Shown: positions 44,935 through 54,776, numbered from the stretch's first letter. The stretch: 64,000 nucleotides of DNA from an uncultured Gemmatimonadaceae bacterium (GCA_964574665.1 CAZNOJ010000002.1:6130-70129); one strand, 5' to 3'. Translations and numbers: made by a program. Notes: generated from the sequence alone by a model not told the origin.

Positions 44935-46392
44935 TCAGACGCTGTAGTTCGGGGCTTCCCGGGTGATCGTCACGTCGTGCGGGTGCGATTCCCGGAGTCC
45001 GGCCGTCGTGATCTGTACAAACTCGGTGTCCTGCCGCAATTGCGCCAGATCCTTGACCCCGCAGTACCCCATCCCGCTGCGGAGTCCTCCCACCATCTGG
45101 AAGAGGACGTCGGCCACCGGCCCCTTGTAGGGGACCCGCCCCTCGATCCCCTCGGGGACCATCTTGGAGGGCGACACCTCGCCGTCCTGGAAATACCGGT
45201 CGGCCGAGCCGTCCTGCATGGCGGAGAGGGAGCCCATGCCGCGGATCAACTTGAAACGGCGGCCCTCGGCCAGGATGCTCTCCCCCGGCGACTCCTCCGT
45301 CCCGGCCAGCATCGAGCCCATCATCACCGACTCCGCGCCGGCGGCGATCGCCTTGACCACGTCGCCACTGTACTTGATGCCGCCATCGGCGATCACCGGG
45401 ATGTCGCCCGCACCCCGCACCGCCTCCTGGATCGCGGTGACCTGCGGCACCCCCACGCCGGTCACCACGCGGGTGGTGCAGATCGAACCGGGACCGATCC
45501 CCACCTTGACCGCATCCACCCCGCGCTCGACCAGGGCGCGGGCCCCGGCCTCGGTCGCGATGTTGCCGGCCACGAGCTGGGTCTCGGGATACTTCTCCCG
45601 GAGCCGCGCCACGGTGTCGAGCACGCCGACCGAGTGGCCGTGGGCGGAATCCACCACGACGACGTCCACGCCCGCCTGGATCAGGGCGCCGGCGCGCTGG
45701 AGCGCCTCGGTGCCGGCGCCCACCGCGGCCGCCACCCGGAGGCGGCCATGCTGGTCCTTGTTGGCGTTGGGGTGCTCGCGGCGCTTGAAGATGTCCTTGA
45801 CGGTGATCAGCCCCTTGAGCACGCCGTCGGCGTCCACCACCGGCAGCTTCTCGATCCGGTGACGCGCCAGGATCGCCTCCGCCTCCTCGAGCCCGGTCCC
45901 CACGGGGGCGGTCACCAGCCGCTCCTTGGTCATCGCCTCGGCGATCGGGCGATCCAGCGCCGTCTCGAACTGCAAGTCGCGATTGGTGATGATCCCGATC
46001 AGCCGGCCCGCCCCGTCCACGATCGGCACGCCGGAAATCCGGAACCGCCGCATCAGGGCGTGTGCCTCGCGCACCGGTCGGTCGGGACCCAGGGTGATCG
46101 GGTTGAGGATCATCCCGCTCTCGCTGCGCTTGACCCGGTCCACCTCGGCGGCCTGCCGGTCCACGGACATGTTCTTGTGGATCACGCCGATGCCGCCGGC
46201 CCGGGCCATGGCGATCGCCATGTCGGATTCGGTCACGGTGTCCATGGCGGCGGAGATGAGCGGGACGTTGAGCAGGATCCCGCGGGTGAAGCGGCTGGCG
46301 GTGGAGACGTCGCGGGGGTGGACCGTCGAGAGGCGGGGCAACAGCAGGACGTCGTCAAAGGTCAGGCCGTGGCCCGGTCGGATGCGACTCAC
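44935..46392 (-). CDS. guaB: Inosine-5'-monophosphate dehydrogenase
   Basis: [10 protein letters not shown], a CBS pair, the catalytic loop [11 protein letters not shown], and GGIKYSGD. The GTG at 46392, preceded by GGAG, is preferred over the TTG at 46467. Confidence 0.93.
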   Translation of the reverse strand: MSRIRPGHGLTFDDVLLLPRLSTVHPRDVSTASRFTRGILLNVPLISAAMDTVTESDMAIAMARAGGIGVIHKNMSVDRQAAEVDRVKRSESGMILNPITLGPDRPVREAHALMRRFRISGVPIVDGAGRLIGIITNRDLQFETALDRPIAEAMTKERLVTAPVGTGLEEAEAILARHRIEKLPVVDADGVLKGLITVKDIFKRREHPNANKDQHGRLRVAAAVGAGTEALQRAGALIQAGVDVVVVDSAHGHSVGVLDTVARLREKYPETQLVAGNIATEAGARALVERGVDAVKVGIGPGSICTTRVVTGVGVPQVTAIQEAVRGAGDIPVIADGGIKYSGDVVKAIAAGAESVMMGSMLAGTEESPGESILAEGRRFKLIRGMGSLSAMQDGSADRYFQDGEVSPSKMVPEGIEGRVPYKGPVADVLFQMVGGLRSGMGYCGVKDLAQLRQDTEFVQITTAGLRESHPHDVTITREAPNYSV

Positions 46393-46463
46393 GGCATCTC
46401 CGGGGCACGGCCTGGGCAGGTTCGAAGCTCCATCCACAATCCTATCCCCGGATGGGGGGACGA

Positions 46464-46826
46464 TCAACCCGCTTCCCCGGGCCCCATCGCGGGTCCCTCC
46501 GGCGGACTGCCGCCGGCCGGAGGGCTTCCCTTCGCCACCTTGGCGGCCTCGTCCACCACCGACTGGGCGGCCGAGGCGAGCCCGCGCATCACCTTGCTGG
46601 CGCCGTCGAAGAAGGTGACCGTGCCCGCAATGGCGTCCACCGGCATCTTGCCGGCGCGCAGCGTGTTCTCCACCGTGTCCTGCAGCCGGGTGAAGATGTT
46701 GTCGGGGGTGGAGCGCTCCGCGTACTTGCTCTCGAGGAACTCGATGTAGTCGAGCACCTGGTAGGCGCGTTCGTCGGGCAACCCGTCGAGGCGCCGCATG
46801 ATCCGGTCCTTCAAGTGGTCCTGCAC
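46464..46826 (-). CDS. Hypothetical protein (120 aa)
   Basis: The GTG at 46826 sits 4 nt downstream of GGAGG. The translation [35 protein letters not shown]... ends in a Pro/Gly-rich tail. No motif recognised. Confidence 0.5.
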   Translation of the reverse strand: MQDHLKDRIMRRLDGLPDERAYQVLDYIEFLESKYAERSTPDNIFTRLQDTVENTLRAGKMPVDAIAGTVTFFDGASKVMRGLASAAQSVVDEAAKVAKGSPPAGGSPPEGPAMGPGEAG

Positions 46827-46840
46827 GCGACCTCCGCGGC

Positions 46841-47884
46841 TCAGTCGATGCGATCTACCAGGTCGAGCACGGGGGTCGCGAGGAAGCGGCTCCGCCCCGC
46901 CCGGATCGTGGCGCGCACCATCACCTCGGTGAGCGGCTCGAGCCCCCTGAAGGTACTGGCCTGCTCGGCCGACAGGGTGAGGTAGACGAATCCGGTTTCC
47001 GGCAGCGGGCCCCGGGCCAGCAGGTACGCCTGCCCCCGCGGCAGTTCGGGCCGCAGCTCGTCGGCCTCGCGCACCGCCAGCACCTGCAGTCGCCACTCCA
47101 CCGTGGCCCCCACATACCGGTCCGGGTCGCTGCGGAGTTGCTCGGCGGTGACCCCCTGGGGCCGGGCCCCCTCCAGGGCACGATCAGGGACCCAGGCCTC
47201 GATACGCACCCGGCTCCACCCCTGCCGTCGCTCGACCACCTCGGCGGCCACGGGCGCACTGAGCTGCCCCACTGGCTCGCCCTCCCGCGCCGCGGAGAGC
47301 GCGGTGCCGGCCGCCACGGCCAATCGGCCGGAATCCACGGTCGCAGCAGACAGGGAAGGATTGCCAGCGGCCGCCGGGGGCGGTGGAGGTGGCGGCGGGG
47401 GCTGGGGCGGCGGAGTCCCGGACCCGGGCGCCGCGGCGGACGCGGCCGGCATCCAGCCGGTGCGGCGCACCAGCACCCAGCCGGTCCGCGTCTCCATGCG
47501 ATCGAACAATGCTCCCGCCACCGCCGTGGCGCGCACCGGCGCCTCGGCGCTGGGCAGCGTCCGGAGCGACGTCCCCGCGGCCAGGGCCACCGCGACGTCG
47601 AAGCCATCACGCGAATCGTTGCGGAGGGCCGCGGCCGGCACCCAGCCCTGCACCGTCACTTCGCGCCAGGTGCCCCGCGTGGCACCAAGGGTCACGGCCG
47701 CGCCGCGCTCGAGGCGACCGAGCACGGTGCCGCCCGGTTCCTTGTGGAAGGCGGCGACGGCGGCGGTGCGATCATCGCCCTGGGCCGCGAGCGGTGTCGC
47801 CAGGCACGCGGCGAGCAGCGCGCAACGCGCCGCGCGCGATGGAAGGCAGCTTGGCAACGGGGTAGATTCCGGCACTGGGATCAC
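46841..47884 (-). CDS. Hypothetical exported protein with internal polyproline linker
   Basis: The N-terminus is signal-like (...[15 protein letters not shown]). Two similar modules (W-rich, SH3-like pattern GWV../AWVP) are separated by [19 protein letters not shown]. Confidence 0.55.
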   Translation of the reverse strand: MIPVPESTPLPSCLPSRAARCALLAACLATPLAAQGDDRTAAVAAFHKEPGGTVLGRLERGAAVTLGATRGTWREVTVQGWVPAAALRNDSRDGFDVAVALAAGTSLRTLPSAEAPVRATAVAGALFDRMETRTGWVLVRRTGWMPAASAAAPGSGTPPPQPPPPPPPPPAAAGNPSLSAATVDSGRLAVAAGTALSAAREGEPVGQLSAPVAAEVVERRQGWSRVRIEAWVPDRALEGARPQGVTAEQLRSDPDRYVGATVEWRLQVLAVREADELRPELPRGQAYLLARGPLPETGFVYLTLSAEQASTFRGLEPLTEVMVRATIRAGRSRFLATPVLDLVDRID

Positions 47885-47914
47885 GAGTCGTGAGTGTAGA
47901 CCGCGCGGAGGACC

Positions 47915-49471
47915 ATGTCAAACAGCAGCGGGGTCGGAGCCCCGGTCGTGTTGCTCGTGCTCGACGGCTGGGGTTGGCGCGCCGAACGCGCCGGCAACGC
48001 CATCGCCCTCGCCGACACCCCCGTCTGGGATCGCCTGGTCCCGGCGACGCCCGCGACACTGCTCGATGCCAGCGGGCTCCCGGTGGGTCTCCCCGACGGC
48101 CAGATGGGCAACAGCGAGGTCGGCCACCTCAACCTCGGGGCCGGTCGCGTGGTGCCGCAGGACCTGGTGCGCATCAACCAGAGTATCGACCGGCGCGAGT
48201 TCCACGCTCTCCCCGCCCTGCTCGGCCTCGCCCGCCACACCGCCACCACCGGTGGCACGGTCCACCTGGTCGGCCTGCTGGGCGCCGGCGGGGTGCACGC
48301 GATGGATCGCCACCTGGTGGCCACCGTGGAGGCGTTGGTGGCCGCGGGCGCGCCCCGGGTGGCGATTCACGGCTTCCTCGATGGGCGCGACTCGGCGCCC
48401 ACCGCGGGGCCCGACGTGGTGACCCGGCTGGAGGCCGACATCGCCCGGGTGGGCGGGGGCCGCACCGTGCTCGCCTCGTTGATCGGCCGGTACTTCGCGA
48501 TGGACCGCGACCACCGCTGGGAGCGGACCCGGCTGGCGTGGGACCTCCTCGTGCACGGCACCGGGGACCCGGCACACGACGCGGTGGCCGCGATCCGCGA
48601 GTGCCACGCGCGCGGCGAGACCGACGAGTTCATCCATCCGATCGTGCTGCTCGATGCCGCCGGCCAGCCACGCGCCCTGCTCCGCGATGGTGACGCGGTC
48701 TTCGGGTTCAACTATCGCTCGGACCGGATGCGGCAGATCATCGCCTCGCTCGCGCTGCCGGGGTTCTCCGGCTTCGACGTGAGTGGCCGACCGGCGGTGA
48801 TCGCCGCCACCATGACGCAGTACGACCAGACCTTCCCGTTCCCCCAGGCCTTCCCGCCGTTCTCGATGGCACGGATCCTCGCCGAGGTGCTCGCGGGTGC
48901 CGGCGCCGGACAGTTCCGCACCGCGGAGACCGAGAAGTACCCGCACGTCACGTACTTCTTCAACGGCGGCAACGAGGTGCCGTATCCCGGCGAGGAACGC
49001 GAGCTGGTGCCGAGCCAGAAGGTGCCGACCTACGACCTGATGCCCGAGATGTCGGCCCCGGGGATCGCCGACACCCTGATCCGCGCGCTCGACCGCGCCG
49101 ACCACCGGTTCTTCCTCTGCAACTTTGCCAACGCCGACATGGTGGGGCACACCGGCGTGCTGCCGGCCGTGATCCGCGCGGTGGAAACGGTGGATGCCTG
49201 CCTGGGCCGCATCCTGGCCGCGGCGGAACGGCGCGGGGCTCGGGTGCTGATCACCGCCGACCACGGCAACGCCGAGATGATGATTGACCCCGTCACCGGC
49301 GGACCCCACACGGCACACACCACCAACCTGGTCCCCTTCGTGGGGCTCGGCGCCGGCACGGCGGGACTGGGTGCACGCGGCGCGCTCTGCGACGTCGCCC
49401 CCACCATCCTGCAGTTGCTGGGGCTCGAGCAACCGGCCGAGATGACCGGCCGATCACTTCTTCCTGGATGA
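47915..49471 (+). CDS. gpmI: 2,3-bisphosphoglycerate-independent phosphoglycerate mutase
   Basis: LLVLDGWG, the catalytic-Ser region GQMGNSEVGHLNLGAGR, NFANADMVGHTG and TADHGNAE. Confidence 0.93.
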   Translation: MSNSSGVGAPVVLLVLDGWGWRAERAGNAIALADTPVWDRLVPATPATLLDASGLPVGLPDGQMGNSEVGHLNLGAGRVVPQDLVRINQSIDRREFHALPALLGLARHTATTGGTVHLVGLLGAGGVHAMDRHLVATVEALVAAGAPRVAIHGFLDGRDSAPTAGPDVVTRLEADIARVGGGRTVLASLIGRYFAMDRDHRWERTRLAWDLLVHGTGDPAHDAVAAIRECHARGETDEFIHPIVLLDAAGQPRALLRDGDAVFGFNYRSDRMRQIIASLALPGFSGFDVSGRPAVIAATMTQYDQTFPFPQAFPPFSMARILAEVLAGAGAGQFRTAETEKYPHVTYFFNGGNEVPYPGEERELVPSQKVPTYDLMPEMSAPGIADTLIRALDRADHRFFLCNFANADMVGHTGVLPAVIRAVETVDACLGRILAAAERRGARVLITADHGNAEMMIDPVTGGPHTAHTTNLVPFVGLGAGTAGLGARGALCDVAPTILQLLGLEQPAEMTGRSLLPG

Positions 49472-50175
49472 CCCCCGTGCGGCGAATCGCCCCGCTGGCC
49501 CTGCTCCTTCTCGTTGCCCCCGCACTCCCCGCGCAGGTGGGGATCGACCCCTCGCGCTCGCCCTACCGTGACATCCGTCCCGGCACCACGTTCGAGGCGT
49601 GGGGCGGACCGCTGATGGGGTCGGGCGGCCCGATCCCGGTCGGCCCGCGCGACGGGCCGATGCTCGGCGTCCGCGCGCTGCTGCGGGCCAACGCCACCAT
49701 CTCGCTGGGCCTCGGCACCTGGGGTGCGCTCGCCAAGCGCACCGTGATCGACCCCACCAACGCCCCCGACGAGCAAGAGACCGGCGAGGTGGATCACGAG
49801 CTGGTCGCCGTCGAGGCGCTGATCCAGCTCAACGCCACCGGCGGCAAGACGTGGCACGGCATCGCCCCGTTCGCCGGGGTCGGGATCGGGCTGGTGAAGG
49901 CCGGCGCCACCGACGATGCCGCCGGGTATGAGTTCGGTACGAAGTTCTACTTCGCGCCGGTGCTCGGTGCGAGGTTGTTCCTGGCGGAACGACTGTATCT
50001 CCGCACCGAGGCGCGCGGGCTGGTCTGGAAGGTGAAGTATCCGAGCACCTATGCCCTGGAACCGACCGACGACCCGGGCACGACGGAGGATCCGCACGCC
50101 GTGAACCCGAGCGGCCGCACCGGGCAATACATCGTGGCGCCGGCGCTGACGCTCGGGATCGGGATCGCCTTCTGA
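49468..50175 (+). CDS. Hypothetical outer-membrane beta-barrel-like protein
   Basis: ATGA overlap with gpmI. Signal peptide. Alternating hydrophobic strands. C-terminal ...LTLGIGIAF (terminal Phe). Confidence 0.55.
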   Translation: MTPVRRIAPLALLLLVAPALPAQVGIDPSRSPYRDIRPGTTFEAWGGPLMGSGGPIPVGPRDGPMLGVRALLRANATISLGLGTWGALAKRTVIDPTNAPDEQETGEVDHELVAVEALIQLNATGGKTWHGIAPFAGVGIGLVKAGATDDAAGYEFGTKFYFAPVLGARLFLAERLYLRTEARGLVWKVKYPSTYALEPTDDPGTTEDPHAVNPSGRTGQYIVAPALTLGIGIAF

Positions 50176-50180
50176 CCCGG

Positions 50181-50603
50181 GTGCGACTCCGGCTCACGCG
50201 CCGGCTGGCGTTCCACGCCCGGCACCGCATGACCAAGCCGGGGTGGAGCGAGTCCGAGGCGGAGCGTCGCTTCGGCTGGACCGGGGCGGCACCGGGGCAC
50301 GGGCACCTCTACCGTGTGGCCGTGTCGGTCACGGGCGTCCCCGACCCAGAGACGGGCACCATCGTGGACCTCGACCTGCTCGACGAGATCCTGGCCCGCG
50401 AGGTGACCGCGCGGTACGCGGGCAGCGACCTCAACGCCGCCGTGCGCGAGGTGGCGGATGGCCGGGTGGTGCCGAGCTGCGAGGCGCTGGCCGCGGCGAT
50501 CTGGAGCGACGTGACCGCCGCCCTCCCGGCCGGGGTGATCCTGGAGCGGGTGGTGGTGGCGGAGGACGACACGCTGGAAGCGGAGTGCCGCGGCATCACG
50601 TGA
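50181..50603 (+). CDS. queD: 6-carboxy-5,6,7,8-tetrahydropterin synthase (QueD/PTPS family)
   Basis: 140 aa. HGHLYRVAVSV (His-x-His zinc motif), a Cys in SCEALAAAIW, and ...VVVAEDD. Confidence 0.8.
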   Translation: MRLRLTRRLAFHARHRMTKPGWSESEAERRFGWTGAAPGHGHLYRVAVSVTGVPDPETGTIVDLDLLDEILAREVTARYAGSDLNAAVREVADGRVVPSCEALAAAIWSDVTAALPAGVILERVVVAEDDTLEAECRGIT

Positions 50604-50632
50604 CATGGTGGGTCACCGACCCAGGAATCCCG

Positions 50633-51421
50633 ATGAGAACCCGATTGTTCGCCGGCACGATGCTCTGCGCCACCCTGGCCACGCCGCTCCGCGCCCAGGC
50701 CAGCAACGACGAGGCCCGCCTCACGGTCGGGATCATCGGTGGCTGGATCGGCGGCTCCGCACTCTGGTCCGTCAACCAGCCCGTGTTTGCCAACTTCGGG
50801 CGCACCGACCAGTTCCTGCTGGTGCGCGACCTGCGCGGCAACATCGCCGTGAGCGGGCAGCTCACCTACTTCCCCACCCCCCGGCTGGGCTGGACCGGCG
50901 AGCTGAGCTACACCGGGCTGGGCACCCGCGACGGCTGCCGCCTGGCGGTGGACAACGGCGACCAGTTCAACCGCGACGCGTGCGCCGCGATCGACGGCCG
51001 CGACCGTGCCGCCTCCGCGGTCTCCGCCATGGCGGGGCTGGTGTACCGCCTCGGGTCGCGCACCGACCTGCAGCCCTACCTGCGGGGCAACCTCGGCCTC
51101 TCGCTGGTGCCCCGGTCCACCACGGCGATGGTGGCGTTCTTCGGCGAGGACGACGACGTCGCCCTGCCCATCTACCTCGAGGACGAGTCGCGCACGGCCA
51201 AGCCGACGGCGGCGCTCTCGATCGGGATGGCCACGGCACCGAACGCCGGATACCAGTTCCGCGTCGAGCTGCGCGGCACCGCGGTGCAACTCGACGTGGT
51301 GACCGGGCCGACCGCGATCGGCGTGCTGGAGCCGGACGTGCGCGGCAAGTGGGTCATCCTCCCCAGCATTTCGGTGGGCCTCGACGTGGTGCTCGAGAAG
51401 CGGCGCGGCCGGCGCTACTGA
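50633..51421 (+). CDS. Hypothetical outer-membrane beta-barrel-like protein
   Basis: The ATG at 50633 gives the signal peptide MRTRLFAGTMLCATLATPLRAQA. Alternating strand pattern. The terminal residue is aromatic (Y). Confidence 0.5.
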   Translation: MRTRLFAGTMLCATLATPLRAQASNDEARLTVGIIGGWIGGSALWSVNQPVFANFGRTDQFLLVRDLRGNIAVSGQLTYFPTPRLGWTGELSYTGLGTRDGCRLAVDNGDQFNRDACAAIDGRDRAASAVSAMAGLVYRLGSRTDLQPYLRGNLGLSLVPRSTTAMVAFFGEDDDVALPIYLEDESRTAKPTAALSIGMATAPNAGYQFRVELRGTAVQLDVVTGPTAIGVLEPDVRGKWVILPSISVGLDVVLEKRRGRRY

Positions 51422-51427
51422 CGCCTG

Positions 51428-52735
51428 ATGCGCACCGCCGTCCGTTGCGACGAGGCGCGTGACGCCGTGCTGGCCGCGAGCCGCCGGCAACCTCCCCTCC
51501 GCCTGCCGCTCGAGCACGCCCTCGGCCACGTCCTCGCGCACGAGCTGGTGGCCCCGTGGCCGCTGCCGTCGTGGACGGCCGCCTCGATGGATGGCTACGC
51601 GGTGCGCAGCGCCGACGTGCGTGGCGCCTCCCGCGACGCCCCGGTCACGCTGCCGCTCGTGGGCGGCGGCGACGCGGGTGACGCGGCCCCACCCCCGCTC
51701 GCGCCCGGCACGGCCTGGCGCGTGGCCACCGGGGGCCGCGTGCCGGACGGCGCGGACAGCGTGGTGCGGGTGGAGGACACCGCGCCGGCGACGGGCGACG
51801 GGCCTGCCCCGCCCCGTGAAGCGGCGGCGGGGCGACGGGCGAGCAACCTCGTCACCATCCACCACGACCGCGACGCCGGGCGCAACGTGCGCCCCGCCGG
51901 CGGCGACGTGGTCGCGGGGTCCGTCGCGCTGGCGGCCGGAACTTTCATCACTCCCGGCGTGGTGGCACTGCTCGCCGCCCTCGGCGAATCGCATCCCATG
52001 GTGCATCGCAAGCCGCGGGTGGCGATCGTCACCAGCGGCGAGGAGGTGGTGTCGCTCGACGAGCGCGACCGGATCGCGAGTGGCGAGCGGATCGCCGACG
52101 TGAATGGCCCCGTGCTCGCCGCCCTGGTGCGCCAGGCAGGAGGAGTGCCGGTGCCGGCCGGGCTGGCGCGCGATGACGCGGGGGCCATCGCCGAGGCCGT
52201 GGCGCGGGCCGCGGACGCCGACATGGTGATCACCGCCGGCGGGATCTCCGTGGGCGAGCGCGACCACGTGCCGGCCGCGATGCAGCGGCTCGGCGCCGAG
52301 CTGGTGTTTCGCCGGGTGCGGGTGCGCCCCGGCGGGCCGACGACGCTGGCGAGGTTGCCGGACGGGCGGCCCTGGTTGGCGCTGCCCGGAAATCCGGTGA
52401 GCGCGTTCGTGACGTTTCACGTGTTTGCGGCGCCGGGGATCCGGAGGATGTCGGGTGACGAGCGACGGGCGACGGGCGACGACACCTGGTCGCCTGTTGC
52501 CCCTGGCTCGTCGCGTCTCACCGCGAGACTCGCCGAGCCCGTGCCGCGTGACGCCACCCTTGAGCAGTACCTCCGGGTGACGCTCTCGCCCGCCGGCGAC
52601 GGCGGGTTGCCGTGGGCGCGCCTCACCGGCAACCAGGGGAGCTGGGTGACGAGTTCGATCGCGCAGGCGGAGGGGCTGGCCGTGATACCGGCGGGGGAGG
52701 GCGAGGTGACCGAGGCCGAGGTACTGCCACTGTAG
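51428..52735 (+). CDS. moeA: Molybdopterin molybdenumtransferase
   Basis: MDGYAV, GGISVGERDHV and LPGNPVSAFVTF. 435 aa. It carries an in-frame copy of the ACGGGCGAC-type palindromic repeat at 52455-52521. Confidence 0.88.
   Translation: MRTAVRCDEARDAVLAASRRQPPLRLPLEHALGHVLAHELVAPWPLPSWTAASMDGYAVRSADVRGASRDAPVTLPLVGGGDAGDAAPPPLAPGTAWRVATGGRVPDGADSVVRVEDTAPATGDGPAPPREAAAGRRASNLVTIHHDRDAGRNVRPAGGDVVAGSVALAAGTFITPGVVALLAALGESHPMVHRKPRVAIVTSGEEVVSLDERDRIASGERIADVNGPVLAALVRQAGGVPVPAGLARDDAGAIAEAVARAADADMVITAGGISVGERDHVPAAMQRLGAELVFRRVRVRPGGPTTLARLPDGRPWLALPGNPVSAFVTFHVFAAPGIRRMSGDERRATGDDTWSPVAPGSSRLTARLAEPVPRDATLEQYLRVTLSPAGDGGLPWARLTGNQGSWVTSSIAQAEGLAVIPAGEGEVTEAEVLPL
52455..52521. repeat. ACGGGCGAC-family palindromic heptamer element embedded in frame in moeA
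   Basis: The left arm is GTGACGAGCGACGGGCGACGGGCGACGA (52455-52482). The right arm is GTCGCCTGTTGCCCCTGGCTCGTCGCGTCTCAC (52489-52521). Pairs include GGCGAC/GTCGCC, GACGAGC/GCTCGTC and GTGA../..TCAC. It encodes ...GDERRATGDDTWSPVAPGSSRLT... Confidence 0.7.
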
Positions 52736-52810
52736 CATCAAGCCCAGCGTCCCCGGTCCCCCGTTTCCCGGCACACCGCCCGCCCTTGCCACCCCCATTA
52801 TCTTCCGTCC

Positions 52811-52927
52811 CGAAGGGGAGTAGCCCAGCCGCCGAGACAGGCGGCCGGCGGCATCGTCAAGACTGCGGGGCCCGTCCGGCCCGCACGGTGCCCCCGGGGC
52901 GCGCAAGCGTTTCAGGCGAGACCTTCG
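52811..52927 (+). promoter_or_regulatory. Probable yybP-ykoY (Mn2+) riboswitch aptamer in the htpX-terC leader
   Basis: 5' CGAAGG-GGAGUAGC (52811-52824) and 3' GCGAGAC-CUUCG (52916-52927). The P1 helix CGAAGG/CCTTCG flanks the two hallmark conserved strings (GGGGAGUAG and GAGACC). Internal GC hairpins and a GUCAA element (52856-52860) are present. It lies in a 238-nt intergenic leader, followed by hairpin GGCGAG-GG-CTCGCC and a GGAGGAA Shine-Dalgarno sequence. Confidence 0.6.
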
Positions 52928-52973
52928 CTGGTCCCGGAGCGGTTCCGGGGCGGCGAGGGCTCGCCTTCACTGC

Positions 52974-53828
52974 ATGGAGGAAGTGGTGATCAACACCATC
53001 AAGACGTTCGTCCTGCTGACCGGCATGCTGTCGCTGCTCATGGTGGCGGGCCAGCTCATCGGCGGCGCCCAGGGGCTGCTCATCGGCGGCTCGCTCGGCC
53101 TGATCATGACCTTCGTGTCGTTCTGGTTCTCCGACAAGATGGTGCTGCGCGGCTACCACGCCCGCGTGGTGACCGCCGCCGAGGCGCCGGAGCTGTACCA
53201 GATGGTGGACACCCTCCGCCAGCGCGCCGGCCTGCCGATGCCCAAGGTCGCCATCGTCCCGTCCGAGCAGCCCAACGCCTTCGCCACCGGTCGCTCGTGG
53301 AACCACTCGGTGGTCGCCGTCACCGAGGGCATGCTGCGCCAGATGCCGCGCGACGAGCTCGCCGGGGTGATCGCCCACGAGCTGGCGCACATCAAGAACC
53401 GCGACATGCTCACCCAGACCGTCGCCGCCGGCATCGCCTCGATGATCTCCGTGCTCCCCTACCTGATCATGATGGGGGCGGGGCGCAGCAGCGACGACGA
53501 CCGCGGCGGTGGCTTCGGCGCCCTCGCCCTGGCGATCCTCGCCCCCTTCGCCGCGATGCTGATGCAGTTCGCGATCTCGCGCCAGCGCGAGTTCGCCGCC
53601 GACCGCCTCGGCGCCGAAATCGCCGGCGCGGCGCGGCCGCTGGCCCAGGCGCTGACGCGGATCGAGGCCATGGTGCGCCAGATCCCGATGCCGGTGGCCC
53701 CGCAGCTCGCCCCGCTCGCGATCCAGAATCCGCTCGGCAAGGGGAGCGCCTTCGCGCGGATGCTGTCCACCCACCCGCCGACCGAGGACCGGGTGCGCGC
53801 CCTGCTGGCCCTCGACAACGGCCGCTGA
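52974..53828 (+). CDS. htpX: Protease HtpX (M48 family, membrane-bound)
   Basis: Two N-terminal TM segments. HELAHIKNRD (HExxH). EFAADRLGA. C-terminal ...STHPPTEDRV. The start could instead be the GTG at 52983 or 52986, just after GGAGGAA. Confidence 0.9.
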   Translation: MEEVVINTIKTFVLLTGMLSLLMVAGQLIGGAQGLLIGGSLGLIMTFVSFWFSDKMVLRGYHARVVTAAEAPELYQMVDTLRQRAGLPMPKVAIVPSEQPNAFATGRSWNHSVVAVTEGMLRQMPRDELAGVIAHELAHIKNRDMLTQTVAAGIASMISVLPYLIMMGAGRSSDDDRGGGFGALALAILAPFAAMLMQFAISRQREFAADRLGAEIAGAARPLAQALTRIEAMVRQIPMPVAPQLAPLAIQNPLGKGSAFARMLSTHPPTEDRVRALLALDNGR

Positions 53829-53831
53829 TCC

Positions 53832-54776
53832 GTGGAGCCGCTCGTCACCCATCCGCCCGTGGTGTGGATCGGCTTCACCACCCTGATCGCGCTGCTGCTG
53901 TTCCTCGACCTCGGGGTGCTGAACCGAAGGTCGCACGTGCTCTCGACCAAGGAGGCCGCCAGCTGGAGTGGCGGCCTCGTCACGTTGGCCATGCTGTTCT
54001 GCGGTTTCCTCTGGTACCGCGAGGGGAGCACCCACGCCCTCGAGTTCCTCACCGGCTACCTGATCGAGCTGTCGCTGTCGGTGGACAACCTGTTCGTCTT
54101 CATCCTGATCTTCCAGTACTTCGCCGTGCCCGCCGAGCTGCAACCCAAGGTGCTCAAGTGGGGGATCCTGGGCGCCCTGATCATGCGCGCCATCATGATC
54201 GGCGCCGGTGCGCTGCTGCTGCAGCGCTTCCACTGGATCATCTACGTGTTCGGGGCCATCCTGATCATCACCGGGATCCGGATGCTCACCAGCGGCGACG
54301 CCCACCACGTCGAACCCGAGAAGAATCCGCTGGTGCGCCTCGCCCGGCGGGTGCTGCCGTTCACCGCCTCCTACGACGGCGACAAGTTCTTCACCCGCAC
54401 CCTCACCCGCCGGCTGGCCACGCCGCTGCTGCTGGTGCTGCTGGTGGTGGAGTGGACCGACCTGGTGTTCGCGATCGACTCCATCCCGGCGATCTTCGCG
54501 GTGACCAGCGACCCGTTCATCGTGTACTCGTCGAACGTCTTCGCGATCCTGGGACTGCGGGCCCTCTTCTTCCTGCTGGCCGGCATGCTCGACAAGTTCG
54601 AGTACCTCAAGGTGGGGGTCTCGCTGATCCTCGTCTTCGTCGGGATCAAGATGACCCTCTCCGGCGTGATGCACCTGCCGATCGTGCTGTCGCTCGGCGT
54701 GATCGCCGGCACGCTGGCCGGGTCCATCCTGCTCTCGATCCGGAAGAACCGCCGAGAGGCGCGCCTGGCGGCCTAG
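53832..54776 (+). CDS. terC: TerC-family integral membrane protein
   Basis: TerC signature ELSLSVDNLFVFILIF and a second repeat FAIDSIPAIFAVT. 314 aa. GTG start 3 nt after the htpX stop. Confidence 0.88.
   Translation: MEPLVTHPPVVWIGFTTLIALLLFLDLGVLNRRSHVLSTKEAASWSGGLVTLAMLFCGFLWYREGSTHALEFLTGYLIELSLSVDNLFVFILIFQYFAVPAELQPKVLKWGILGALIMRAIMIGAGALLLQRFHWIIYVFGAILIITGIRMLTSGDAHHVEPEKNPLVRLARRVLPFTASYDGDKFFTRTLTRRLATPLLLVLLVVEWTDLVFAIDSIPAIFAVTSDPFIVYSSNVFAILGLRALFFLLAGMLDKFEYLKVGVSLILVFVGIKMTLSGVMHLPIVLSLGVIAGTLAGSILLSIRKNRREARLAA

Noticed and set aside
47375-47412. GGN/GCC-rich tandem repeat as a non-coding microsatellite
   Set aside because: It lies within a supported minus-strand ORF and encodes an in-frame polyproline linker ([13 protein letters not shown]) between two similar modules.
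50309-52906. 865-aa ORF on the minus strand
   Set aside because: It lies antisense to queD, an OMP-like gene and moeA. The translation is low-complexity and Arg/Gly-rich, and the plus-strand genes have clear motifs.
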